Source: Antedon mediterranea
Lineage: Eukaryota; Animalia; Echinodermata
DNA: 64,000 bases
Assembly (NCBI RefSeq): GCF_964355755.1
Contig: NC_092670.1
Location: forward strand, 12,944,795-13,008,794
Direction of reading: 5' to 3'
Position 1 is the first letter of the stretch. Each line of letters begins with the position of its first letter. Below the pieces are notes generated by a model that ran no database searches, was not told the origin of the DNA, and saw nothing but the letters and a program-made list of their open reading frames with translations. The translations under genes and the position numbers were made by a program. This document shows positions 12,069 through 25,300 of the stretch, one piece after another.

Positions 12069-15000
12069 TTATAATTCACAAGTCTCGTCATATCCATCCA
12101 TTCCAAATCTTACATAAGTATTTTTAACCGAGGAATGATCATTCAATCGTACTGATGGCGCTGTTCTTGTTGAACACCATGTTATAGTAAAACATACAAT
12201 TGACAGAAACTTCAATACTATTAATGTACCAAAAAATATAAAGCGAAAAGATACAGAATCGTATGCAAGACATTCGTACAGGTGGGTTTTGTCAGAGGGT
12301 TGGCTGAGCATACAGGTGGGTTGTAGAATTGCTGGGAAGTATAGAACGGCAGGCAAGATTCCTGTAATAAAAACATCAATAAATTTATAAGTAGATCGTT
12401 TGATTTATATTGTTATTATTATACAGTACTTTATTGCCTAATACAGTATTTATTTGGTTAAATAAAACACTGTTTAAACAATTTATAAAAATAGATTGTT
12501 GAAATGGTATGTTTTCAGGATTTTGTACGGTATACTTCCCGTTTTGTTTCATTTTATATACCACACATTACAACTATATCTTTGCCAACAGGCAGGTTGT
12601 TGTTTTGATATCAAAATTTATCGTATCGTATTCGTACATATCCTTTCAACGTAATGCATTCAACTACGTCAAAAAGCGACTTTATACCTTCTATAATAAG
12701 TTAATTGTGGTTTAGGAAAACTTCATAACAGTGTATGTCTACTTACCCAGTACGTAGGTAACAAATATGACTAGACCAACAGCCACAGATCTGTCGCTGT
12801 GTGAAACACACCTGGTAAAAGATCAAAACAAATTTTTAAATGTGTTAAAGCAAAAAGTTAAACTGATCAAACAAAATCACAATAAACAATATAGTTCATA
12901 ATACATTTTAGACGTCTTTGTGTTGAGTAAAACATGTTGTCTTAAGTAAGCTTTCAATGTATGATGACAAGGACTTAGGCCTACACATTGGTATGCTGTA
13001 AATCATCGCCTGAACATAGAAACTTTTGGTTAGGATAGTGAGGAAGCATGACGTCCCAACTTCGAATCCCTACATACCCACAATAATTTAACGTGTCGTC
13101 GTAAAACGAAGCTCCTTATTTATAAATTGTATGTCTCAACAAATTGAGATAGAGTGTTGTACAATTATAAATAACTATACCTTAAAACTACTAAAGTGGC
13201 TGGAACGTTTTGAATACCAGTGAGTGTAGCTGCGAAGAACAGAAGCAGGAGGATACTCCACATTGGATCGCAGTTGGCACTGCATACGCCAGCCACAGCG
13301 CTACCATTATTGCCACGTGAAAATGAACAGTTTTCAAAATTCTGATTCATTGAAATACAATTAATTTATACTGTACAGTATTATGTTTAGAAATATGATG
13401 TATATATATATATATATATATAAATATATATAAAATGTTATCGACAAGAAGGAGATGATATCGGGAAGAAGGAGATGGTATCGGGAAGAAGGAGATGGTA
13501 TCGGGAAGAAGGAGATGGTATCGGGAAGAACGAGATCTTATCTGGAAGAGTGAGTTTCAGGAAAAACCAGGTATAGGAATGAGGGATTACTAGTGAAGTA
13601 TTGGCGCAATGGTTAGCTAATTTGAACACGTTTTCTCATGATGATAACACATTTGAAAAGAACTTTATAAATAAATATTAAAAGATAAACGCGAACCCGC
13701 AAAAGACAATTATACGTATAGCGAGACATTATTCAGTAACTGAGGCCTAGTTATTAAACAAAAACAAATGTGTATCGCAATGAGGAAGAAAACGTGTGAT
13801 TTATGAATAGTTCACAGGATTTGGACCATAAAGAAAAAAACTTACCGTGTAGTTTCCCTGGGAACAGCCAGCGTAACATGGAGACGCGTATACAACGCCA
13901 TTTGAACCGCATACTGGGAAATATTTATCAGAACAACTATGGCATGTTGTCAAGTTTGCAGTCCTGAAAAGTGTGGAGAAATCATCTCAGAAATGTGTTC
14001 AAAAGATGACATGAATAGGAAAAAAAGTAAAAGAACCTAGGCTTAGGCTGTTTAATGTTCATCATAATTTGTTTGTTTGCTAAATGAATGGCGATAGAAA
14101 ACTTAAAACCAAGCCGTAGGTTCCTTCTATGTTTTCGAACTCGAAATGATCTTACCCGTCTTTAAATGGAGATATATTTATTCCGTCACAGTGTGGTGAG
14201 AAGAAAGTCCAATATAGTCCCCAAGATAGCAGACCGAACACCAGAACTGAGCGACAGAGTTGCTTGAGCTGTGAAACCTGACCTCTGATAAGTACCAAGG
14301 CTGCAATTGTACCACCGATGACCAAACCAAAAACTACAGATATTGCTGTTGAGGAGAATGTACAAGATGTTAGGGGCAAGCACGAGCTTCCCATGGATTA
14401 TCAACCCGAAACATACTCCTTCTTGGCTTTGCTTCGCGAACGAAGATTTTTATGAAGGAGTTTGTTCACGTCTGTCACAGGCTCCTATACAATTCGTCAA
14501 ATATAACACTTTATACTTTATCAGACAAAATCTTCGAACTTTAAAATACACAAATACAATACACATATAGAACAAAATAATTGATTTTTAGTTTTGAAAA
14601 TGTAGAATATCGACCTACCAATCTTTACATCGGCGACTCCTCCTTCAATGCTGTAGTCTCTCTCCAAAAATGGTGGCAAGAATTGGTAAATACCACACAA
14701 GATGGCTCCTTCAAATGCGTACGCAGCACAACTGCTGAGTAGTGTAGGGTTTTGAAGTAAACGAACAATTGTCTTTGGTCGAACCCTGCCTTTAATGGGA
14801 AAGAACAGAAATGTTTAGATCAATGCAATATAATTAACTAGAGAGTGTTAAAGGTCTGTGTCTGTTTCATCGCGCTCAAATATGGGCACATCACATTTTT
14901 TGTTAGTCACATAAAGTTTGATAGTGTAGACAGAGCTAAGTGTAATGCAATCAAAGCTTACATATTATCAACAGGAGAGAGGAACCATGGGCTGTATTCA

Positions 15001-18000
15001 CATCGGCTATTCATCAGATACCCGGCCCGGTACACTTTACTTTTCTAGATAATTATATCTAATTCTTTACCATTGTTTAATGGTTTATCATTACTTGAAA
15101 TTAAAAAAATAGGGAATCATTATCTTTGAGCGAAGTTAAATTACCACAACAAGAATCTAATTGTTTACATCGAATCTAAATAAAAATACTTGAAAAAAAC
15201 AATAATTTGATTTACTTGCTGATGATAGGCTGACTTCCTCCGCAAGTTGTCGATACTTTCCAAATGTTTCATGCCGTTTGCACATGCGCCGTACCTCTGG
15301 GCACTCGCCATCGTCTGTAACCGTCTCGATCTTCCGGAACGTCAAGATCACAAGACCAAGAGCCAATACGATGAGACCCAATACACAGAAACCTATCCAC
15401 CAGTGATCCATTACTTTCGATCCCCAGACTAATGGTTCATGGGTGATGGATTGTATTTCTGAACGCATACTGAAACTCATAAGTTCTCCCAAAACCAATC
15501 CTAACCCCTCTGCTGCATATATTGCCACTTTTAATGTAGAAAAAAAACCCAATATTATTAATGTTTAGTAAATCATAATAAAACATCCTGTAAGATATCT
15601 ACGATATGGAATGTAAGCAATTGGGTGGTAGATGGCTGCTTCGTAAGACATTACTGTAGCATACAACTCTAAACATAAGCCAATACCAAACAAGAACTGG
15701 AGAAGGCTACGATTGTTGGCGACTGCAACCAACCACTAGGTTTGTAAATCTAGTCAATTTAAGAAATCAAACGTTACACAACTCGCACAAAATACATCCA
15801 GACTTCAAAGCCACGACTGGATGCCATTCAGACTTAAAAGCCACTTCTGGATGCCATTCAGACTTAAAAGCCACTTCTGGATGCCATTCAGACTTAAAAG
15901 CCACGACTGGATGCCATCCAGACTTAAAAGCCACGACTGGATGCCATTCAGACTTCAAAGCCACGACTGGATGCCATTCAGACTTCAAAGCCACGACTGG
16001 ATGTCATTCAGACTTCAAAGCCACGACTGGATGCCATTCAGACTTCAAAGCCACGACTGGATGCCATCCAGACTTACGAGCCACGAGTGGATGCCATCCA
16101 GACTTACGAGCCACGAGTGGATGCCATCCAGAATTAAGAGCCACGACTGGATGCCATCCAGAATTAAGAGCCACGACTGGATGCCATTCAGACTTAAAAG
16201 CCACGACTGGATGCCATCCAGACTTAAAAGCCACGACTGGATGCCATCCAGACTTCAAAGCCACGACTGGATGCCATTCAGACTTCAAAGCCACGACTGG
16301 ATGTCATTCAGACTTCAAAGCCACGACTGGATGTCATTCAGACTTCAAAGCCACGACTGGATGTCATTCAGACTTCAAAGCCACGACTGGATGCCATCCA
16401 GACTTCAAAGCCACGACTGGATGCCATCCAGACTTACGAGCCACGAGTGGATGCCATCCAGACTTACGAGCCACGAGTGGATGCCATCCAGACTTAAGAG
16501 CCACGACTGGATGCCATCCAGACTTACGAGCCACGAGTGGATGCCATCCAGACTTACGAGCCACGAGTGGATGCCATCCAGACTTACGAGCCACGAGTGG
16601 ATGCCATCCAGACTTAAAAGCCACGACTGGATGCCATCCAGACTTCAAAGCCACGACTGGATGCCATTCAGACTTCAAAGCCACGACTGGATGTCATCCA
16701 GACTTCAAAGCCATGACTGGATGCCATTCAGACTTCAAAGCCACGACTGGATGCCATCCAGACTTACGAGCCACGAGTGGATGCCATTCAGACTTACGAG
16801 CCACGAGTGGATGCCATCCAGACTTAAGAGCCACGACTGGATGCCATCCAGAATTAAGAGCCACGACTGGATGCCATTCAGACTTAAAAGCCACGACTGG
16901 ATGCCATTCAGACTTAAAAGCCACGACTGGATGCCATCCAGACTTAAAAGCCACGACTGGATGCCATCCAGACTTCAAAGCCACGACTGGATGCCATTCA
17001 GACTTCAAAGCCACGACTGGATGTCATTCAGACTTCAAAGCCACGACTGGATGCCATTCAGACTTCAAAGCCACGACTGGATGCCATCCAGACTTACGAG
17101 CCACGAGTGGATGCCATCCAGACTTACGAGCCACGAGTGGATGCCATCCAGACTTAAGAGCCACGACTGGATGCCATCCAGAATTAAGAGCCACGACTGG
17201 ATGCCATCCGACAGAATGCTGATTGATGTATTAACTGCGATAGTAAGTAAAGCCAAAGAGATGACATCCACAACAATACTGAAGATATAGCAAAATTACC
17301 TAAAAATAATAACTGAAAATTGTGAGATCAGTTCCGTTTAGTAGTGAACGATGACTGAAGATGAGCATATGAAAAACCAAAAAACATTTTTGAGATAAAA
17401 CTTACCTATGTACATTGGAGTGTACTTTACTGGAAGAGTGTCACATATATAGGTTAAACCTAAGCTGATCTGAGGAGCAGCACCAAATCCACACATGATT
17501 AATCCAATTGATAACCAGCTTAAAGTCGGTGTCTCCGGTCCGTGATCACCATTTTTACTATTGTTAACTTCGCTAGCATTGCATAGTTCGATCGCAAGAG
17601 ATGGTGCTCCTAGTTTATCGATTTCATCTTTTGATATAAAGTATCCTAGCGTTGATATCAATGCTCCTAAGCCAATGAAGATGGTGCCAACTGATATCCA
17701 TCGAGTTCTGTGACGTTTTCCGCCGTTATAACTGACAAACATGATTGCTGTTATGATGCCAAAGTGGAAGGAAAGAGGAACTGTTGATGTATTGCCAAGA
17801 CCCACTTGTAGAAAATGTGTAACTAGCATTATTATTCCCTGTACATAACCTCGACATGTACATGATGTTATTAGTATCAATAGTAAAAGACTCCATGCGA
17901 TCAACGGTCTGTTGTGAGTCTTGGTACAGTCGACGTGTTTAGGGGTGGCATGCAATGACGATGATCGTGGCGGCGGATCGGGTACGTCGTCAGGCTCTGA

Positions 18001-18114
18001 AGGTGTAGGCGTAGTCTGCATTCCATTTTCAACGATTGAATTTTTGTCAATTTGTTCCTCTTGTTCTGTATCGCCATATTCAGCAGAAGTAAAATCAAGT
18101 TTATAGTCGGCCAT
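12069..18114 (-). CDS. Divergent SLCO/OATP organic anion transporter, about 672 aa; exons 18114..17406, 15527..15216, 14789..14619, 14345..14156, 13963..13846, 13341..13181, 12811..12747, 12361..12069
   Basis: OATP motifs [26 protein letters not shown]...PMYI, WWIGF, RLLQNP, FLPPFLE, the Kazal-like loop [18 protein letters not shown] and [14 protein letters not shown]. Exon phases add up; the exon-2 donor is the least certain. Confidence 0.88.
13439..13550. repeat. 20-bp tandem repeat (TATCGGGAAGAAGGAGATGG), about 5 copies, intronic
   Basis: Direct inspection. Confidence 0.85.
15790..17210. repeat. 30-bp minisatellite (GCCACGACTGGATGCCATYCAGACTTMAAA), about 47 copies, in the first coding intron of the SLCO gene
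   Basis: Head-to-tail units with no spacers; variant units recur in blocks. Confidence 0.97.
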
Positions 18115-20697
18115 TCTGTAAAATAAGTAAGCAAATAAGAAAACAAATTAATAATAAAATTTAGTTATGCTAATAAGTTATTGATATAATTTTGCATATT
18201 TTGGAGTTGGAACAAACATGTTTGTGCTAGGTCTACATTATTTTTCCAACACACCTATTTAAAATTCTCTATGCCCGGATTCAGATGGGATCGGATCGAC
18301 GTATTCTCGATTTTGAGAGATGAAAAAAAGAGGTTCGAGTCACGGTGTAAGAGACGGGGAAGGTGTTATCGACCCCCAATCTTTCCCAACACCCTGGCTT
18401 GATTCACTCACGATACGTAGTGAACGATAGGTTTAGTAGGCAGACATTTCTGCATGAATGCTTTCGCCCTATGAATATGACACTTATTTGTAAGTATACA
18501 TTTATTACTGACTTTTATATACCAATAATATATTGGTATTTTATGACATTGTAGGCCCATTATTATATATGGTAATAATATACCTCGTTATATTCATTTA
18601 GATAATAAATATTATCTGAGACTTTCAATTTATAGTAGAATATGATTGTTATATCCAAACAAAAACGAAACCTTGAACATTGTTATTCAATTTTCATGTA
18701 TAGTAATTTTTGGGTAGAGAAGGTTAACATAGAAATTAATCTAATCTTTTTAGTGTATTTTTAACATTTTTAAATCTGTATAATTTGTTGTGCTTTTTGT
18801 ATTTCTTTCTTGATGTATATTAAATTGTATTGATATTTGTCTACCCACGATCAAATGAATTTCCCAATGTGGGATAAAGTGTTTTTGAATTGAATATTGT
18901 AATTAATTTGAACGTACACCAGTATAGGGTTGTTAGTAGCCTTATTTGATGGTTAGTTCAACACTATTCTACCGTATAGCCTACTGGTGTAGGACTACTG
19001 ATCAACAGGCATACATACATACACAGTGTTACAACAACAAATATAACCGACGTGTTGTATTTACTATTACACTGCTGGTGTGTATCCGGTTGATTCCCAT
19101 CTTTCTAACCCTTTCTATCTTTTGTTTATAGTGTTTTAACATAATTTAAAACATTAATTTAATGAATGTTACTTACGTATTAGTGGTACATTTGTTCCTA
19201 ATCACTGACGCTGTCTCCTTTGTCTATTTGTTACACTATATGTGCACATGACACGAAGTCCAGATTGGCATTTTAGTAATCGTCTGTGTTTGCATAACCT
19301 ACAGATTAAGTGCACGTGGACTTTGATCCGCAATGCGTTTGTAGTTTGTTTTCATTCTTCCTACAGTCAACAATTGATGTGTCCAAATATATGACGTCAC
19401 TTTGCCTATTATATGTAAATGTGCTATTATCAAGTTGTTTGTTCATCCCCTACTGTTTAAAATGAGTAACATGGTGTTTTCTCTCATTGTGTTACGTTTT
19501 GAAACATCTTGTTTGGTTTCGTAATTAATTCCAAGTTAATAACGTCATCATTCTATTTAACACGTTTGTATTTGCTTAAATACTTATCTACCCATACATT
19601 TAAAAGAATCAAACTATTAAAAGTAAAAATGTATACGGTATTTATTAATATATATAATTATATATAATTTGTTTTTTGTTTTTAAAATACATAATCTAAA
19701 ATAGTAAAGACATTAAAATACAACGTGCATTTATATTAGGCCTACGCCTAATAATAAAATTATACGTTCCTGTATAGGCCTACGTTATCCGAGTACGTAC
19801 TAATATTAGGCTTGAAAATAAAATTCAAAGACACTGGTCCCACAGCTTGAGACAGTTTACAACACAATTAGTTTACCCTCCACAGTCCATTAAAAATATT
19901 CATTTATATTGCGTAAAATACATTAAAATGCATAAATAGGATGTATCTCTACGAATGTGCTCAGTGTAAAATTAATCCATCCGTTTGCCGTAGTCGATAA
20001 ATGGCACAAATTTTCAAAAAAGGTTGCCATCACATCATAAACCTACAAATAAGGTATAGGCCTAAGTCACTGTAACACGTTGTCTTCACGTATGCGTTCT
20101 TACGGGCATCCATATTTCCAAATTTCTATTTAACACCAAGAAATATCTGAAAGAAAAGCATAGATATTATGTACTGTAGGCCACCTATCTTTTATTAAAA
20201 TTTGAAAAACACAATTATAAGGCCAGGCAACATTACTGGTAATACTACACTAGACCATAGTCTACACAAAGTTAGTGAATCGGTTAAATTATTGGTATCT
20301 TGGTCCATTTTTTTCGATTGTAAATTTAAACTTTTAAAGGGTAAGCTTGAACTCTAAGTACTAAATTAGGCGTTATCTATATATAAATTTACGTAAGGGC
20401 AAAATTCGGTAAATCTCGGTTTATTTCTAGAATTTCTACTCGATGGTATATAAAGTTGGTTCATACTTTCGGTACTGATTTTAACCATCTGATGTAACCC
20501 TGTTTACTAATTAAATTGAGTTAGGTAATTAGTTATTGACGATTAAAACGAATTTAGGTTCAACGATTTGCCCCAAATAGGGGTGTTTTCCGATCGTGGT
20601 ATACACTGTCTAATGGATGTCCATCTTGAAAAATACCCGCCACAAAAATACGAGGAGGCTTCGCATTTTCCTATCTCCTCCTACGATAATTGTTTTT

Positions 20698-22366
20698 AAC
20701 TAGATGGTACGCTCGCTTCGCTCGCGTACCATCTAGGTCGTGCCCACAGATGGTTCTCGAATACATAATAATTTCAGCGTTAAAAAACTGGCGATTTCAA
20801 ATGTACGTACCGCAGGACAATAATACATGTCGTTTACAGCCTACAGGAACGAATACATAGACACTGTAATTTATGTACTCAACTAAAATTAGCACCATGG
20901 GAATTACTTCCGAAAGAGAAACTTGTCACAAAATGAGACCAATTGTTTAAGTCAAATTTAAACAAACTTGATTTGTGTTTTGTATGTAACATTAGGGTTG
21001 AGGTATGGGGAAGAGGATGGGTGCAAAGAGGAACAATTTTTAAATATTATTCTTTATCCATTTAGTAACGAAATATTAATTGAACTTATTCAACCTTATG
21101 TTCCTAAGCGGTCTCTGAGATCTAGATCTGAGTCTCTTCTTGCCCATATATTTCATCCTTCCACTAAGTTTTATGGAAATCGTTCATTTTCTTCGGCATC
21201 CGTTTCTCTATGGAATGCGTTGCCTATTGAAATCCGTCAGGCTACTTCCACCAGTGTCTTCAAATCTCTCCTCAAAACCCACTTTTTAATTTGTAAATTT
21301 CTAAATTGTTCTGTCTTTGTAAAGCGCATTGAGGCTTTCAGCATAATGCGCTATATCAAGTACCAGTTATTATTATTATTATTATTATTATTATTGTTTT
21401 CATGTTTTACAAATAATATACCACTAAACACAGTAAAACATTGCGATGTAATACTTTGTTGAAACTATCACCGTCCTAGTCGATTGAAATAGTACAGTAG
21501 CCCCTACATGTAACGATACATCACTACGACGTGTATATGTTTATATAATGTAAAACAATTTGTGAAAACCACCTCTATTCGGGGAAAATCATAAATTCGA
21601 TTTAATCGTCAATAAATATTAAATTATCTAACTCAACTTAATTAGTAGGCCTAATGGTTTTCAATTGTTTCCTAGAGCCAATTCATACTTAAGTTGGTTC
21701 CTACCCTACCCACCAAAGTTGTTCTGCGTTTAGGGCATGTGATGTACCGTAGGCCTATCCTCTACTGGTTTTACAACGCTACTCATGCCAGTGAGGGAAG
21801 GGTGATGATGTGGGTGGTTTAACTGCAATAATAAAGATTTATACATAATATACGGCGAGTGAAAACGCTAGCTCTTTATCCGTTTAAAAAAAATGTATAT
21901 CCAACCTCTGCAGCACAGATTGAAAAAAAAATGGATCGAATTTCTGTTATGAGTATACAATACTTGCCTTTACGACGCCTGAGGGAATAGACACTTGTGG
22001 AACAGAGATTGGAATGTTCCATTCCTCGCAAATCAATACATTTGTATAATCGTATATTAAATCTATCAAAATAGTATTTTTTAAAGAAAATCGGCCTGTC
22101 TTCAACATTATGATGGTGTACTCAATTTGAAATTGGTCTTATTTTGTGACAAGTTTCTCTTTCGGAAGTAATAAGGTGCTAATTTTAGTTGAGTACATAA
22201 ATCACAGTGTCTATTTATTCGTTCCTGTACACGACATGTATTATTGTCCTGCGGTACGTACATTTGAAATCGCCAGTTTTTTAACGCTGAAATTATTATG
22301 TATTCGAGAACCATCTGTGGGCACGACCTAGATGGTACGCGAGCGAAGCGAGCATACCATCTAGTA
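20698..22366. mobile_element. Two inverted copies (about 20698-20945 on -, about 22130-22366 on +) of a Helentron/HINE-like 3' end
   Basis: About 240-bp near-identical reverse-complement blocks ending in CTAGATGGTACGCGAGCGAAGCGAGC(G/A)TACCATCTAGT; a fragment of the same family lies near 6025-6075. Confidence 0.6.
21078..21395 (+). mobile_element. L2/CR1-clade LINE 3' end fragment
   Basis: PYVPKRSLRS...GNRSFSSASVSLWNALPIEIRQATSTSVFKSLLKTHF followed by a (TTA)n tail. Confidence 0.8.
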
Positions 22367-22390
22367 TTTAACAATTACTGTATTGTTTAC

Positions 22391-25300
22391 CTTAGATAAT
22401 TTGATGTCAACTTCTTCAACTTCTTTCAGAGAATTCGTGTCGGCAACGAGTCTTCCAATGTTAGATAATACGGGTCTTGGTGGTGGGGTACAATCACTGA
22501 TGAAATAGAATTTGTGATATTGTTGGGCAAAAGGAGCATTTGGTATACACTTGCTACATAATTTTCAAAGATATAGGTATTTACCAATTACAAAGGATGA
22601 AAATGAGAATAAAAGAATGGTGGAAGATGAGGAAGAGAGAAGGAGGAGAAAGAGTAGGAAGAAGAACTATCACTTACCCATCCTCTTTTCGGAAACAGTC
22701 AATAAGGTTCCTGGCAGCAAATAATAAGGCTAGAATGTCTGGTTCTGAGAGGCTATACTCAATGTCATTCAGTTCTTGGATAGCCACATTTATTACCACT
22801 CTCGATCTAAATAATAAATCATTTCGTTTTGATGTCGTTATAGGTAGTTGTGACTTTCACCAGTCTGTTAAGTTAGCCCATATTACGTTCTTTTCTGATG
22901 TAAACATGGGAAAATATTCATCAAACCTTTAGAATAACCCCAGGTATAAACTTAACTGATATTATAACGGTATGAATTTAATTAGTTAAATGTGATAGTG
23001 AAACAAAGTTAGATTACTCTTGTTTGTCCGAAGCAGATTGCCATCTAAAGGTACACGTTTGTTTGATTAAACACTACTGTCTTAGTCTTAAAGAAGAACA
23101 AAAGTTTTTATTCAGAACTTACTGCATAATTAAAGAAGACCATACTGCATCAGCCGTTGACACGTGATAGTAAACCGTATGGAAGTAGGATGGCTTCTTA
23201 GGCAGGCTATGAATTTGGATTGGAAATATTACTGGGTTCTTCTCTGTGCGATGACGGCATAAGGCAATGTTGAAATCTTCAATACAATCATGTGACTCAA
23301 TGTAGTTCGGTGACACAAAGGTTACGATCTTCGTTGCGTTATCCAGCAGATGTCTCATCTCTTGCGCAGATGCAGCTTCTTCGACAACCGGGAGAGACGG
23401 CGCAAAGTATTTCATAAGCCCGTAGAAAAACTTTGCATACTTCTTGTCGTTAGAAGAAAAGCTTAAGACGATGTTATTGATTTCGTTTGCAGGTTTCAGC
23501 CGCTTGCTGTCGCGAAGGAATAGCAGGGTTGCTAACTTCCATTTTTTATGAAGATTGTGCATTTTGTGACAAAAGCACCAAATTTGGCACAAACCTTCTT
23601 TAGGGTATATCTAACAATCCTAGAAGGGGTGCCCAAAAATCGGAACAATTTAACGACGTCATTTGGACCACGCCCTTTTTTTAGTATTACGTAATTAGGA
23701 GAAAACTTACATTTCGTATATACATACCAAGTTTGGTATCAAATTAAAACTCATGACATGTACATTGCAATACACACATAAAAAATATATGATTTCTCTT
23801 CAGACGGAATATATAGGTCAAATAATGTAATTTTCTGTCATATTGAAGGGGATTTCAATCAAAACGCGCCAATATTGTGCTATGTTATGAACATTGTAGT
23901 TATAAGAACAACAACATTCATTTTTGTAATAGAACTACTAATATATATTTATCCTGTACCAGTTACCGTACTTTCCTTTAACATAATATTAGGAACCACT
24001 GAAAAAAAGTATATAAAACATATATATAAGTAAACAGACAAAAGACCATTTGACTGACAATTATGGCGTTAGCATCCATAACAATACATGGAGGTGATTA
24101 TCAACTTTACTTTTATGAAATTATTTATCTGGAATCAAACACTTATAATGGTACAGAGTTGCTAGATGACGAACAAGTTCCACGGCATGGGTAACAAAGA
24201 CCAGTGCAAGAAAGACCTGCTGAACGGCACTTGCAGTTCCCTGCAGCCACCCTTTAGCAATTCCCTACATGCTTTGGATGCTTCAGGTAGTATGGTCCAG
24301 ACTGGTGTCCATGTACTGCCAGTTTTAGTCCAACCAAAGTCTTCTGGTGATGGAGCATTCTGCTGTGGCTGTAGACTGGTGGTCCAATTGCTTGCTTGGT
24401 ATATGGATCTTTTGGAATGCTGTAAAAGTGCATCCTGCAATAAACAATTTAAAGATTGGTGTTACCTTTTAATGAAAGAAAAAAAATGAACCTGATAATA
24501 AATTATTAAACCACAATTGCTCCTCTTACCTGTGTAGGAGGAATGTTGTCCATTGTCCGTGCCTTTCTTAAAAAAGATCTTGTCTTAGCTTAGTAACACT
24601 TCTTAAAGTCTTGTAGTATAGATGACATGTAAACTCCTCTAGCAACTGGAATTGAGATGAGTTGACTCCTAGAGATTTGAAAAGGTGATGTGCCATGAAA
24701 AGAAAGGCTTCTGTGACTGCTGGAAATGAGTTCCACGTCTCCCATGCGGAGTGTTTTGCTTTTCCGAAGGGATGTACTGTAGTATCGGACCCAGTAAATG
24801 CATGAAAAACTGGCAGCTCTCTTAACTTATCCTCTCCTAGGTTATGGCAGATGGTATTTATATTAAAATATTGGAAGTGCTTACCCATGCCAAATGCGAC
24901 CCAGATACACGTACCAGGATAACAGGCTATTAGATTGCAGAAAATACCAACCAGGATAACAATGACATCAGTATCAACTGTACGCACCAAAATAACCCTG
25001 CTACCTTTTAATGCACATCCTGGAGTCGGCCTCTTCATGGTTGCAGATTGACATAGGTTGAGTAGATGTCCGGGATACATCAGACTCGCCTACAGGACAT
25101 ATATCAAGAATTACTTACTAATTTAATATGCCTTTTTAATTAATTATTGGTACGAAACTGTATAAGTAAATTAATCATTTGGTTACAAACAAAATAAATT
25201 AGTATGTATCATAATAAAACTTACCTGATGTAATGTAAACTTCTTTGCAGTCAGAGTAATCATGGGTAGACACCTTCGTAGTTAAAAAGTTAAATAACTC

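Noticed and set aside
15790-17210. CRISPR array (30-bp repeats)
   Set aside because: Units are contiguous with no unique spacers, there are no cas genes, and the context is a eukaryotic intron.
17065-17299. Extra SLCO exon running into the minisatellite
   Set aside because: The phase-compatible frame hits a stop, and exon 1 joins 15527 in frame with OATP-like sequence.
22391-22496. Frameshift in copy A exon 12
   Set aside because: Re-reading gives CTPPPRPVLSNIGRL, in frame with the paralog.
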